A stretch of 54,865 nt of DNA, the filler included, from Candidatus Woesearchaeota archaeon (lineage in GTDB: Archaea > Nanobdellota > Nanobdellia > Woesearchaeales > BM511), in assembly GCA_023266675.1 (NCBI GenBank). It is 4 parts of 4 records of this genome, joined end to end, with 100 filler letters (N's around TTAATTAATTAA, not from the genome) between each part and the next. Parts side by side here need not be neighbours in the genome. Positions count along the whole stretch, not along the records: positions 1 to 17,245 come from JAHFPP010000025.1; 3 more parts are not named here. The stretch is one strand, 5' to 3'. The notes under the pieces are model-generated. The model searched no databases and was not told the DNA's origin. It saw only the letters and a program-made list of their open reading frames with translations. Shown here piece by piece: positions 1 to 10,395 of this stretch; positions within the stretch are counted from its first letter, which is position 1; each line of letters begins with the position of its first letter. The translations under genes were made by a program, and so were the position numbers.

Positions 1-1
1 C

Positions 2-361
2 ATAAAAAATGCATGGAACCAAAAATCTGGAGAGAAAGATTTGAAGATAAATATCAATTTAAAAAATAAAAAATTCATAATATGCGAAGGTATGTATCTT
101 CTTCATAAGATCATTTCAAAGCATGCTGACATGACAATCTATCTTAACACATCATGGCAAGAATCATTAAAACGGCAGGAATCAAGAGACTCGCACAGAA
201 CCTCAAAAGAATCCAGGCGCTATAAAAAATACCTGGCAAAAGAGTACAGCGTTCCATACTTTAAGAAAAACAGGAAATTTGCAGACATCATTGTCAATAT
301 CAAAAATAACAAGGAAACCACTGCAAAAAAGATATCAAAATATATTTCTGACAAGCTTTAA
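2..361 (+). CDS. Uridine kinase-like P-loop protein, C-terminal part (5'-truncated by window edge)
   Basis: Frame is open from position 2. IICEGMYLL..ADMTIYL..R..RD resembles the uridine/phosphoribulokinase C-terminal half. Confidence 0.5.
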   Translation: MKNAWNQKSGEKDLKININLKNKKFIICEGMYLLHKIISKHADMTIYLNTSWQESLKRQESRDSHRTSKESRRYKKYLAKEYSVPYFKKNRKFADIIVNIKNNKETTAKKISKYISDKL

Positions 362-387
362 ATACTAACTTAATTTCATCATAAATA

Positions 388-1167
388 ATGGTGCGGTTAA
401 CAATAGACTTAAAGAAAAGCATTGAAGAGAATGCAGGCGACTACTTTGAGCGCGCAAAAAAACTTAAGCGTAAAATTGAAGGCGCAAAAAAAGCTGTATT
501 TGACCAGAAAAAAAAGCTTGAACAGCTTGAAAAGGAAACTCCAAAAGAGGAAGTTAAAGAAAAAGTTGAGGCGCGAAAAAAGCAGTGGTATGAAAAATTC
601 AGATGGTTCATATCATCAGAAGGATTTCTCTGCGTTGGCGGACGCGACGCAACAACAAACGAGATAATAATCAAGAAGCATGCAGAAAAAAATGACCTGA
701 TATTTCACACAGACATGGCAGGAAGCCCGTTTGTTGTTTTAAAGATAAAAGATAAATCGAATTATCCAACACAAAAAACAATGCAGGAAGCGTCAGACTT
801 CACGGCAGTAAACTCCAAAGGATGGAAGCTTGGAATGTCGTCACTTGAAGTCTTCTGGGTAACACCTGACCAAGTAACTAAAGAAGCCAACAGCGGCGAA
901 TACCTAACAAAAGGGGCGTTTATGATACGCGGAAAAACCAATTATATCACTCCATCTATGAACTATGCCGTAGGAATATATGATGGGGCAGTTATGGGCG
1001 GACCGATTAACGCAGTAAAGCATAACTGCAAAGAATATATTGAGATAGCTCAGGGAAATGAGAAGACAAGCGACGTTGCAAAGCTAATCCAGAAAAAACT
1101 TGGCGCAGATTTGGATGAGATAATAAGCGTGCTTCCACCTGGATGCAAAGTAAAAACCAAAGTTTGA
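388..1167 (+). CDS. NFACT RNA-binding (DUF814) domain protein, short Rqc2/NEMF-like
   Basis: IDLKKSIEENA..YFERAKK, WYEKFRWF.SS.GFL.VGGRDA..NE, FHTDMAGSP and EYL.KGAFMIRG motifs. Confidence 0.9.
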   Translation: MVRLTIDLKKSIEENAGDYFERAKKLKRKIEGAKKAVFDQKKKLEQLEKETPKEEVKEKVEARKKQWYEKFRWFISSEGFLCVGGRDATTNEIIIKKHAEKNDLIFHTDMAGSPFVVLKIKDKSNYPTQKTMQEASDFTAVNSKGWKLGMSSLEVFWVTPDQVTKEANSGEYLTKGAFMIRGKTNYITPSMNYAVGIYDGAVMGGPINAVKHNCKEYIEIAQGNEKTSDVAKLIQKKLGADLDEIISVLPPGCKVKTKV

Positions 1168-1193
1168 AATAGGAATTAATCATCTCTTCTTCT

Positions 1194-1961
1194 ATGAAAC
1201 AAGAAATAAATCCTGCCAAACAAGAAATAAAGACTCTTGAAGATTTTGTTCAAGCACTTTCCGAGAATTCAGGTTATGAAGTAACTAATGATAACCTATT
1301 ATTATCAAAACCAAAGAAAGATGACAAATCGGTTATAGGTATGTTGCTTCCAGAACGCATTCACGCGTTTAATCTTAAATCTACACTGGATGATTATCTT
1401 CTTCTTACAAAAAATGAAGAAAGAACCGTGGTATTGCTTCATAAACGAATTATCTTCCCAAAAAAAGTAGATATCATTCTTGAAGCAGAAAAAGAGTTAG
1501 CATCACACGGGGTTTATATAGCTCACATATTTCAAGTTGGAAATTACAAAGTTGGCCGATATGTTTTGGGTATTAAGCCAAGTGAATCAGTAATGCCGCT
1601 TGTGCTCTCGCGTTTTGAAACTGAGATTTCATCAAGACAACATAATCTTATGGCATACTTTTCACCTGAAAACCAATCGCTTGGGATATATCATGTTAAA
1701 AATGGAGTTGCAAGGAGAATTTATGAAATTGCTGAGCTCTACAAAATTACAGAGAAAGATAAATCAGGCGCAACACTTAATAAATTTGAGGTTAAAGGAG
1801 AACTTTATTTTCCACATGCCAATCAAAATTTTGGAGCAGTTGCTTATCACACGCCATCAATTGAAAGATCAGCAGAAGTTATTGATTTTCCTAAGAGACT
1901 TAGCATTTCTCAAGATAAAGAAGCAATTGGTGCGGATGTTTCTAAATTAGCAAAATCATGA
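1194..1961 (+). CDS. Hypothetical protein
   Basis: 255-aa ORF with no recognised motif. Confidence 0.7.
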   Translation: MKQEINPAKQEIKTLEDFVQALSENSGYEVTNDNLLLSKPKKDDKSVIGMLLPERIHAFNLKSTLDDYLLLTKNEERTVVLLHKRIIFPKKVDIILEAEKELASHGVYIAHIFQVGNYKVGRYVLGIKPSESVMPLVLSRFETEISSRQHNLMAYFSPENQSLGIYHVKNGVARRIYEIAELYKITEKDKSGATLNKFEVKGELYFPHANQNFGAVAYHTPSIERSAEVIDFPKRLSISQDKEAIGADVSKLAKS

Positions 1962-2034
1962 TTAGATTATCTTCTCCTATTGTAACTCTCGCTTTAAAAC
2001 AAAGTAATATAAATAGGGGCATCATGGTATATTC

Positions 2035-2586
2035 ATGACTGCAAACGAAGCGCCTTATGATGGCAAAATACTTGAAATAAAAATAAAAAACATAAATCAA
2101 TTATTCAATTCTTTAGACCCCTCCCCTTTCATAGAAAAAGATTTGGATGATGACGCAGTTGAGTACATCTTTACATACTATGGTGAGTTCCATCTTAAAA
2201 CAAAAATAAAGATGATGATTCACCTTCCTGAATCAAAAAGAGGAAAATTCAATGAGAATCATATTAAAAGCTCTATAAAAAACTTTTTTGTATACAGAAA
2301 CATGATTGCAAACAATAATATCATCCTAAAAATAGCTGAAGGAAAACAAAGCATCTTTGTAGGGCTTGGATTTTTAATAATGTGTCTTTCATTAAAATAT
2401 ATGATATCAACTTATCTAGTAAATAATATTTTTACAATAATCGCATCAGAAGCATTGATGATACTTGGATGGGTGGCAATGTGGAAGCCAATCAACAACA
2501 TATTATATGACTGGTGGCCGCTGCAGCTTCATAAAAAACTTTATGAAAAAATCTCCAAATCAGAAATAGAATTTGTTTATTATTGA
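2035..2586 (+). CDS. Conserved hypothetical membrane protein
   Basis: LFNSLDPSPF.EKDLD motif and two C-terminal hydrophobic helices. Confidence 0.75.
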   Translation: MTANEAPYDGKILEIKIKNINQLFNSLDPSPFIEKDLDDDAVEYIFTYYGEFHLKTKIKMMIHLPESKRGKFNENHIKSSIKNFFVYRNMIANNNIILKIAEGKQSIFVGLGFLIMCLSLKYMISTYLVNNIFTIIASEALMILGWVAMWKPINNILYDWWPLQLHKKLYEKISKSEIEFVYY

Positions 2587-2710
2587 ATATTTTTCTAATT
2601 GTTATTCTATTAACTCTTATTCATGTTAATTAAACAGATACATTTTTATATATAATACTTATTGTGCAATTATTAAATTAAATGTTTAAGTCAAATCTGC
2701 GGGGGTTTGA

Positions 2711-4807
2711 ATGGATGAATATAAAAGACTTAAAATAGGAATATATTGTCTTTTTATTATTAGTCTACTAATCTTGTCAGGATGCAGTGAGCAGTCATCT
2801 AATTTATCAACTTCTTCAAATTTAGATATAGGTACATGTAGAAATATCACGACAACAGATAACCAGGATAATTTAGGTGTCAATGACAAAATTGAATGTT
2901 ATGTTAATTATGGCATGAATAATGGTGCAGACGCCTGTGATGAAAACGAGAAAGAGATATGTAAAATAGGTATAGCTGCTAAAAATAAAGATACCGATTA
3001 TTGTCTTAACTATGACCCACAGTGTTATCTAATATTTGGTTTAGCAGTTAAAGACAATAAAATTTGTCAAAGTATTGTTGATAACTATGGTAAAAAACTT
3101 TGTTTATTTGGTGTAGCAACCTCCCTAAAGGATAAAGGAAGTTGTGATAGGTTAGTAGAGGAGAATAATCCTGAGATGGAATATCTGCAACAGCAATGTT
3201 ATTTAACTATTGCATCAAAATCCAAAGATACGGAGTTATGTGATAACCTAAACGACATTTATAACTCCTCTTGTTATTATAACATAGCCGTATCAACCTT
3301 AAATGTTGAACTATGCGAAAAAGCAGGAGATAAAAAGTATCAATGTTACTCAAATATAGCTGAGATTACAATTAATAAAAGCTTGTGTGAGAAATCAGAC
3401 AGTTTCAAACAAAGCTGTTATGAAAAGATTCTAGAAAAACAAAATGAACTGAGATATCAAAAAGCAGTTAACAGTAATGACTTGGAAGCATGTAAACAAA
3501 TTATTAACAATACCGGTAGGGTTAATCGCTGCATAATCGAAATTGCAATTAATTTAAAAGACATAACTATTTGTAACCAATTTTCCAACTCTGATAAAGA
3601 ACAATGCCTTTATGCTCTTGCAATTCCAACTTTAAATGAAAACTTATGTGAATATGGCAATGAGTATGAAAATTGTATAACTTCTATTGCAATTGGAAAA
3701 AAAGATAATAAACTCTGTGAATTACTTGAAGATGTTCTAATTGAAGTTCCTAAATGTCAATGGAATGTTATGTCTAAAATTAGTTTAGAACCTTTAAATT
3801 ATACAAGATGTTATCAATCTGAACAATTAAATCTAAATAATGCATTTTGTATAGAGTATACCTCGCTTGCTAATAATGAAAGTAAAGGGTGTGACATGAT
3901 TCCTGATAATTCTCGTACAGGTTATGCTAGGTATGATTGTTTTGAAAAATTAGCAATGCAAACAAAAAATCCAATATATTGTGAAAATGCAGACTATCCT
4001 GATGAATGCTTTGATAAATTCATGACAAAAGATATTAGTATATGTAAAAATATGTCCACTGCAGGATCAATAAGGTGCTATTTAAATGGTATTTGTAAAA
4101 TAAAAAATATTAAATCTGATTGTTATAATATATTATATAGTCAAAGTAAAGAGATAACTAGGAAAGCAATTTCAGTTAATGATTCTTCAAAATGTGAAGA
4201 GTTAAAAGAATCTAAAGTACTATGTTATGCGGAATTTGCAAAAAAACTAGGATTTAATCTTGCTGAAGTGTTAAAATATGATATCAGCGGGCAAGATGAA
4301 GTCATATGCAAAAAACTTAAAGATAAACCACAAAATAAATGCTATTTTAATTTAGCTATTGAAGAGAATAACAAGAATTTTTGTGATCTTAGTGGAGAAT
4401 TCAGAACAAGGTGTATCGAAAATATTCAGATTAAACGCGATAACCCAAAGAACTATCAATTGTGGGGAGCAGTAAAAGATCGCTTATATAGTGAAAGAAA
4501 AAATAAAAATATTCATGTTGAAGATTATAATATTGAATTAATTGATAATATTGAACAAGCAAACATAGTAAGTGAAGGGGAAACAAATCTTGATGGATCT
4601 GAGCTTAGAATCTATATGGATCAAAAATTGATGGATATTGATGGTTGTAAAATAATTTACCCAAGAAAATATATTACTGAAGATTGTAATATATCGACAT
4701 GCATTTATAAACTTTGTTCACTTGAGTATGATTCTTATGATCCTTACAGTTCAACTTTAGAAACTGAGTACCAAAATATCATAATCAACACTTTAACGCC
4801 AAAATGA
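2711..4807 (+). CDS. Cys-rich repeat lipoprotein/surface protein
   Basis: Lipobox-like LILSGC. Many C-Y-x3-A-x4-(D/N)-x3-C repeats. Confidence 0.8.
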   Translation: MDEYKRLKIGIYCLFIISLLILSGCSEQSSNLSTSSNLDIGTCRNITTTDNQDNLGVNDKIECYVNYGMNNGADACDENEKEICKIGIAAKNKDTDYCLNYDPQCYLIFGLAVKDNKICQSIVDNYGKKLCLFGVATSLKDKGSCDRLVEENNPEMEYLQQQCYLTIASKSKDTELCDNLNDIYNSSCYYNIAVSTLNVELCEKAGDKKYQCYSNIAEITINKSLCEKSDSFKQSCYEKILEKQNELRYQKAVNSNDLEACKQIINNTGRVNRCIIEIAINLKDITICNQFSNSDKEQCLYALAIPTLNENLCEYGNEYENCITSIAIGKKDNKLCELLEDVLIEVPKCQWNVMSKISLEPLNYTRCYQSEQLNLNNAFCIEYTSLANNESKGCDMIPDNSRTGYARYDCFEKLAMQTKNPIYCENADYPDECFDKFMTKDISICKNMSTAGSIRCYLNGICKIKNIKSDCYNILYSQSKEITRKAISVNDSSKCEELKESKVLCYAEFAKKLGFNLAEVLKYDISGQDEVICKKLKDKPQNKCYFNLAIEENNKNFCDLSGEFRTRCIENIQIKRDNPKNYQLWGAVKDRLYSERKNKNIHVEDYNIELIDNIEQANIVSEGETNLDGSELRIYMDQKLMDIDGCKIIYPRKYITEDCNISTCIYKLCSLEYDSYDPYSSTLETEYQNIIINTLTPK

Positions 4808-6132
4808 GATATAAAATATTAATATTTTTAATTGTTGTATTGAGTCTTGTAGGTTGCTCTAAAATTGATAATTGTCAAAATGTTCAAGATTTGAACTACC
4901 GGGATTTATGTTATTTGCAAAAAGCCATAAATGAAAGTGATTCTAATTATTGCAACAAATTTTCTGCAACAGCTTCAGGATCGCAAATGAGACCATATTG
5001 TTTGTTAGAAATAGCAAAACTAACAGGTGATGAATCGTTATGTAAAGGAAACCAGCAATATGTTGAGGAATGTAAGAATATTATTGCAGTAAAAAATAAG
5101 AATCCAGATATGTGTCTTGGTATAACCCATGATAACAGTGATTGTTTTAGAAAATCAACTATTGCAAAAGCAGTAGACAGATTAGACCCACAACTTTGTG
5201 AGGATGCAGGAGATTTTAATTATGATATCGCTGACTGCTTAACTAAAATTTCTATGATTACAAAGAATGAATCTATATGCAACTTAATGTATGATAGCTT
5301 TGGAGGAGTTAGAAGTCAATGCTTAAATCAAGTAGCAATAGAGAAAAAAGATATTAAGTTATGTAATAGTGAGGAGTGCTTTAGAGAATTAAGCACCCCA
5401 GAAACATATGACATTTGTAGTTCTATGGGTTGGGTCGGAGGAACAGATTGTTATATAAACTCAATATGTAAGATGAACAATATCAGTTATGATTGTTTTA
5501 GTAAAATTGAAGCACTAAGTTCAAGCACAATAGAAAGAGCTATTAAAATTAATAATGCGAGTATATGTGAAGAATTAGGTTCATTAAAACCATTATGTTA
5601 TAGTAAGTTTGCTTCAAAACTTGGTTTTTCTTTTTTTGATACAAATAGATTAAAATTATATGGTCAAGATGCACAAAGTTGTGAGATACTAAAAAATAAA
5701 GGAATTTATGAGAAAAAATGTATATACAATCTTGCAATAATTTCAAAAAATTTAAGTAGATGTCATGAGCTTGATGGATTTTATGAAGACAGATGTAAAC
5801 TCATAGTTTTATTGTTAAAGCGTAATGCTTCTCAGGAAGAAATAAGTCAAGAGATTAACAATCACTTACCTAAAATAGATTTGTCTTTAGATTCAGAGGG
5901 ATATTTAGATTTATATTATAACCCGTTAATGCCTGTCCTTATTGAGTTCGAAAATGCAGGGAATGATGAATTAAGGGGAATAAAATTTAATGTATTCCAA
6001 GGAGGTATATTAACTAATATTGACGGGTGCGGCGAACCTATAAATCCTCTTGATATTTGTAGTTTGTGGATATTAAATGATTTGAAAGAGGCATCTAGAG
6101 AGATAACTTACGATAGAAAAGTTATTGTTTGA
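4804..6132 (+). CDS. Cys-rich repeat lipoprotein, paralog of the upstream gene
   Basis: LSLVGC lipobox and the same repeat. Shares the segment CY..FA.KLGF....GQD with the upstream gene. ATGA overlap. Confidence 0.8.
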   Translation: MRYKILIFLIVVLSLVGCSKIDNCQNVQDLNYRDLCYLQKAINESDSNYCNKFSATASGSQMRPYCLLEIAKLTGDESLCKGNQQYVEECKNIIAVKNKNPDMCLGITHDNSDCFRKSTIAKAVDRLDPQLCEDAGDFNYDIADCLTKISMITKNESICNLMYDSFGGVRSQCLNQVAIEKKDIKLCNSEECFRELSTPETYDICSSMGWVGGTDCYINSICKMNNISYDCFSKIEALSSSTIERAIKINNASICEELGSLKPLCYSKFASKLGFSFFDTNRLKLYGQDAQSCEILKNKGIYEKKCIYNLAIISKNLSRCHELDGFYEDRCKLIVLLLKRNASQEEISQEINNHLPKIDLSLDSEGYLDLYYNPLMPVLIEFENAGNDELRGIKFNVFQGGILTNIDGCGEPINPLDICSLWILNDLKEASREITYDRKVIV

Positions 6133-6204
6133 TTTGTTATTTTGTACTATTCAAATTCAAAGTAAATTAATAAAAATATAAATAAAAAAATATTATTTAT
6201 TTCT

Positions 6205-7269
6205 TTAGTCCCACTTCAGTGTTCCTGTTGAGTATTCTTTGACTTTGCCTTCAAAGAAGTTCACTTCAATCATTGAGCCTTGAGTCATTTCGTCAATCCA
6301 TGGGAACGGGTTTTTTGAGCCCCAGACTTTTGGCAACCCAATTGATGAGAGCCTCATATCGCATACGAAGTGAAGGTACTCCTCTAAATTATTAGGTGTA
6401 AGTCCAAGTATTCCGTTGCCTATGCATGATGCGCCCCATGTGAGTTCGTGGTCAACTGCGTCCTTGAAATTCTGGGTGATTTTCTCCCTGAATTCTTCAG
6501 TCCAAAGCTCAGCCTGCTCTTCTTTTATCGTGTTAGTAATCTCTATAAACAATTTTAAGTGCATGTCTTCATCCCTATTAATAAATTGTATCATCTCTGC
6601 GCTTCCAGGCATCTTATTGTTTCTCTTTAATATATAGAAAATCAGGAATGCGCTGTAGAAGTATATCCCTTCAAGTATTATGTTGCCAACGCATGCCTCC
6701 AAAAACATCTGGTCGTTCTTGAAATTTCCAGTCTTAAAATCATACGCCGCAATCTTTCCAACAGCTGATAAAACATACTTGTTTTTATTATATAATTTCA
6801 AGTCTTTCTTATACATGCCATAAATCTCTTCAGGGTCAAAGCCAAGCGACTCAATCATTGTTGAGTAGCTGTGAACATGAAGCGCTTCCTCGTACGCCTG
6901 CCTTACTATTGCAAGCGATACTTCAGGTGACGTTATCTGTCTAAGCATGTTTTGCACAAGATTATTTGTCTGTATTCCGTCAAGGTTTGAAACAAACGCA
7001 AGGCTTCGCTTATACACTTCCTTCTCCTGCTCACTCAAAGCGTCATTGTCTTTCCACATCTCAATATCCCTATTCATCTGAACTTCCTGAGGCACCCAGT
7101 TATTTTTAATCATTGTCTGGAATATCTCGTTTGCAAACGGATGCTTTAAAGGTGAAACCTGCATAAGGCCGTCATCCTCTCCGTTGATAATTTTTCTTTT
7201 GTTGATTATATCGCTGTTTGACTTGTTTAAGCTTGTAAAATCTTTTTTGAACATATCCAGTGATGCCAT
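6205..7269 (-). CDS. nrdB: Ribonucleotide reductase class Ia beta subunit
   Basis: Di-iron ligand motifs D(GIQTNN), EEALH, EGIYFY and DEDMH. Radical Tyr in HVHSY. C-terminal NFFEGKVKEY. Confidence 0.95.
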   Translation of the reverse strand: MASLDMFKKDFTSLNKSNSDIINKRKIINGEDDGLMQVSPLKHPFANEIFQTMIKNNWVPQEVQMNRDIEMWKDNDALSEQEKEVYKRSLAFVSNLDGIQTNNLVQNMLRQITSPEVSLAIVRQAYEEALHVHSYSTMIESLGFDPEEIYGMYKKDLKLYNKNKYVLSAVGKIAAYDFKTGNFKNDQMFLEACVGNIILEGIYFYSAFLIFYILKRNNKMPGSAEMIQFINRDEDMHLKLFIEITNTIKEEQAELWTEEFREKITQNFKDAVDHELTWGASCIGNGILGLTPNNLEEYLHFVCDMRLSSIGLPKVWGSKNPFPWIDEMTQGSMIEVNFFEGKVKEYSTGTLKWD

Positions 7270-7293
7270 TTTATTTTTCCCCTCACATATATT

Positions 7294-10053
7294 TTACTGA
7301 CATGATTCGCAGTCAGGATTATCTATGCTGCACGCTTTAAATTCTGTTTTAACTGCGCTTTCCTTAATCTCTGCTATCATTTCAGGTTTCTTTTCTTCAA
7401 TCTTTATAACAATGCTTTCTTCGCTTACTGTTTTTGTGACCTGTGACGCTGCCAAAGTTCGTAGATAATAAGTCGTCTTAAGGCCCATATCCCATGCGTT
7501 CACATAAAGGTCATTCAAATATTTCCCGTTTGTTGTTTTTACAAAAAAGTTTGTCGACGCTGACTGATCAATCCATTTTGACCTTGCTGATGCTGTTTTT
7601 AAAACCCATAAAGAGTCAACTTCAAAAGCTTCCTTAAACCTGCTCTTGATGTCGCTTGGTATCTCATCAATGTTTTGAACAGAGCCGTTGTTAAGCTTTA
7701 GCTTTGTCAGAATGCTGTTATTCCACATCCCTACTTTTTCAAGCTCATCAATCAGGAATTTATTTATCAGTATAAAATTTCCTGAAAGGTTCTCTTTCAT
7801 GTAAAGATTCTTAAAAGTAGGCTCTATGCATGGTGTTGTTCCTGCTATGTTTGAGATTGTTGCAGTTGGCGCTATTGCCATGGTGTTTGAGTTACGCATG
7901 CCATGCTCCTTAACATGCTGTTTTAATTTTTCCCAGTCCATCGTTGAGTTTCTGCTCATTATCAAAGCTCGTCCGCGGTTCTCTTCAAGGAGCTTCATTG
8001 TGTCAAAAGGAAATAATCCTTTATCCCACTTGCTTCCTTTATATGAATCGTATTTTCCTTTTTCCTTTGCAAGTTTTGAGCTTCCAAGTATTGCGTAATA
8101 CGAAATCATCTCCATGGATAAATCAGCAAATTCAACGTTTTCTTCGCTGTCAAAATCTATTCCAAGCTGATATAATGCGTCCTGGTAACCCATTATTCCT
8201 AGACCAACAGGTCGATGATTCATATTTGAAGTTTCAGATTCAACAATTGGATAAAAGTTGTTATCTATCACATTATCAAGCATCCTCATTGAAACGCTAA
8301 CAGTCTTTTCAAGAAGTTCATTGTCTATTTTGCCGTTTTTTATCATCCTTGACATGTTAATGCTTGCAAGATTGCAAACGGCTGTTTCTTTCTCAGAAGT
8401 GTTCAATGTAATCTCTGTACATAAATTAGACGAATGAATCACACCGACATGACTTTGAGGATTTCTAACATTCATAGCATCTTTAAACGTAATCCACGGG
8501 TTACCTGTTTCATAAAGCATAGTAAGCATCTTTTTCCAGATGTCGCGAGCATTCACCTGCTTTGAGCCGTGGATATTTGAGTTTTCATACTTAATATACA
8601 ATTCTTCAAAATCTTTTCCGTAAGCATCATGAAGACCTGGCACCATATCCGGCGAAAACAATGTCAATCGTCCATTCTCAATTACTCTCTTCATGAATAA
8701 ATCAGAAACAAAACATGCAGGAAACATGTCGTGAGCACGTCGTCTTTCGTCTCCTGTATTCTTCTTTAATTCCAAAAATTCTTCAATATCACTGTGCCAA
8801 GTTTCAAGATAAGCGGCCATTGCGCCTTTTCTTTTTCCACCCTGATTTACTGCCAAAGCAACATCGTTGTAAATCTTAAGGAATGGGATTATTCCCTGTG
8901 AGCTTCCGTTTGTTCCTTTGATTTTTGAACCAGTTCCTCTCACATATGTCCAGTCTGTTCCTATGCCACCAGCCCATTTTGAAAGCTGTGCGCAGTCAGA
9001 GTATGTCTTGAATATGTTTGTCAAAGAATCGCTTACTGTGTTGATATAGCATGAACTCATCTGGCTGTGAGGAGTCCCACTGTTAAAGAGTGTAGGCGTT
9101 GAGCTAATCATGTTCATTTCTGAAATTGAGTTATAAAATTCTATCGCCCACTTATCCTTGTCTTTCTCTTTAAGAGCGATGCCCATCGCAACTCTCATCC
9201 ACATATACTGCGGAAGCTCAATAACTTTCTTTTGTGTGTCCCTATTTCTTAGAAGATACCTGTCCTGAATTGTCTGTATTCCAAGATAAAAGAAAAGCTG
9301 GTCTCTTTTTGGCATAAGCGCTTCTGAGATTTTTTTAAGGTTAAACTCCTTAAGTTTTGGGTTTAGCATTTCAAGTTCTATTCCCTTATCTATATACTCT
9401 TCAAAATTCGCTCTGTATTTGTTTTCAAAATCATTTGAATAAATATCTGTATCAAGAATCTCATTGTACATCTCATCAAGGATGTATCTTGATGAAAGCG
9501 CAGAATAATCATAATGCTTCTCTATTCTCTGCTTAATCAAGCTTAATGTAAGTTTTTTTACTTCGTTTAGACTCATGCCTTCGTATATGTTTTTGCAGAC
9601 GTCATCAACGATATCATTAATGTCAACTTTCTTTAAGCCAAAGCTTAGTTTACTAAGGTGGTCCTTTATTCTTTTGGAGTCAAAATATATCTCTTTATCA
9701 TTGTCCTTTATCTTGAACTTGTGAAGGCTTATCTCTTCAAGCTTTTTTTCTTCTCTTATCTTTTTATGCTCTTCACGGTAGACTATATATGAACGGGCGA
9801 TTTCAGGATACTCATTCTTTATCAATACAAGCTCAACCATGTCCTGTATTTCCTCGACATTTGGAATTCTGTCTTTTTCGATTCTTTCAGCCATCAACAG
9901 CTCAACATCATTTGTAAGCTTTAGAAATAAATTGTCATCAAATATGTTCTTTGACAAGAATGCCTTTTTTATCGCATTCTTTATCTTTTCAGGATCATAA
10001 AAAGCTTTTTCGCCGTTTCTTTTTTTTACATAGATAACACTGTGTTTTTCCAT
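7294..10053 (-). CDS. nrdA: Ribonucleotide reductase class Ia alpha subunit with tandem ATP-cone domains
   Basis: VKKRNG ATP cone, TPTLFNSG, SSC, NLCTEI, AIAPTATIS and C-terminal CESC. Confidence 0.96.
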   Translation of the reverse strand: MEKHSVIYVKKRNGEKAFYDPEKIKNAIKKAFLSKNIFDDNLFLKLTNDVELLMAERIEKDRIPNVEEIQDMVELVLIKNEYPEIARSYIVYREEHKKIREEKKLEEISLHKFKIKDNDKEIYFDSKRIKDHLSKLSFGLKKVDINDIVDDVCKNIYEGMSLNEVKKLTLSLIKQRIEKHYDYSALSSRYILDEMYNEILDTDIYSNDFENKYRANFEEYIDKGIELEMLNPKLKEFNLKKISEALMPKRDQLFFYLGIQTIQDRYLLRNRDTQKKVIELPQYMWMRVAMGIALKEKDKDKWAIEFYNSISEMNMISSTPTLFNSGTPHSQMSSCYINTVSDSLTNIFKTYSDCAQLSKWAGGIGTDWTYVRGTGSKIKGTNGSSQGIIPFLKIYNDVALAVNQGGKRKGAMAAYLETWHSDIEEFLELKKNTGDERRRAHDMFPACFVSDLFMKRVIENGRLTLFSPDMVPGLHDAYGKDFEELYIKYENSNIHGSKQVNARDIWKKMLTMLYETGNPWITFKDAMNVRNPQSHVGVIHSSNLCTEITLNTSEKETAVCNLASINMSRMIKNGKIDNELLEKTVSVSMRMLDNVIDNNFYPIVESETSNMNHRPVGLGIMGYQDALYQLGIDFDSEENVEFADLSMEMISYYAILGSSKLAKEKGKYDSYKGSKWDKGLFPFDTMKLLEENRGRALIMSRNSTMDWEKLKQHVKEHGMRNSNTMAIAPTATISNIAGTTPCIEPTFKNLYMKENLSGNFILINKFLIDELEKVGMWNNSILTKLKLNNGSVQNIDEIPSDIKSRFKEAFEVDSLWVLKTASARSKWIDQSASTNFFVKTTNGKYLNDLYVNAWDMGLKTTYYLRTLAASQVTKTVSEESIVIKIEEKKPEMIAEIKESAVKTEFKACSIDNPDCESCQ

Positions 10054-10093
10054 TTATGTCGCCTCTTACCCGTTTTTAGACAAATCGTTAAAA

Positions 10094-10140
10094 CCACAAC
10101 ATCTTGTGGCTAATTTATTGTTTAATACAACATGTTGTAT
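10094..10140 (-). promoter_or_regulatory. Two tandem NrdR-box-like palindromes upstream of nrdA
   Basis: CCACAACATCTTGTGG (10094-10109) and ATACAACATGTTGTAT (10125-10140), 31 bp start to start. A TATA-like TATATAAATA lies on the minus strand at about 10153-10162. Confidence 0.65.
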
Positions 10141-10395
10141 TTGCAAACCTCTTATTTATATACTTTATGTTTAACAAGGTTTTACAAAACCTTGAGCAAA
10201 AGAGAGCGAATTCCTACAAAGGAATTCACCTAACTTTTTTTATTAAGAAATCATCTTATCCTAAAAATTTCATCAAAAACCGCTGTTATTGTTTCCCTTA
10301 TTTCTGTCTACCAACCTTTTTAAGAAAAAGCTTGAGCAAAAACACGGCAAATTCATAAAAATATGAACTTACCTAAATCTTAGAAGAAAAATTTA

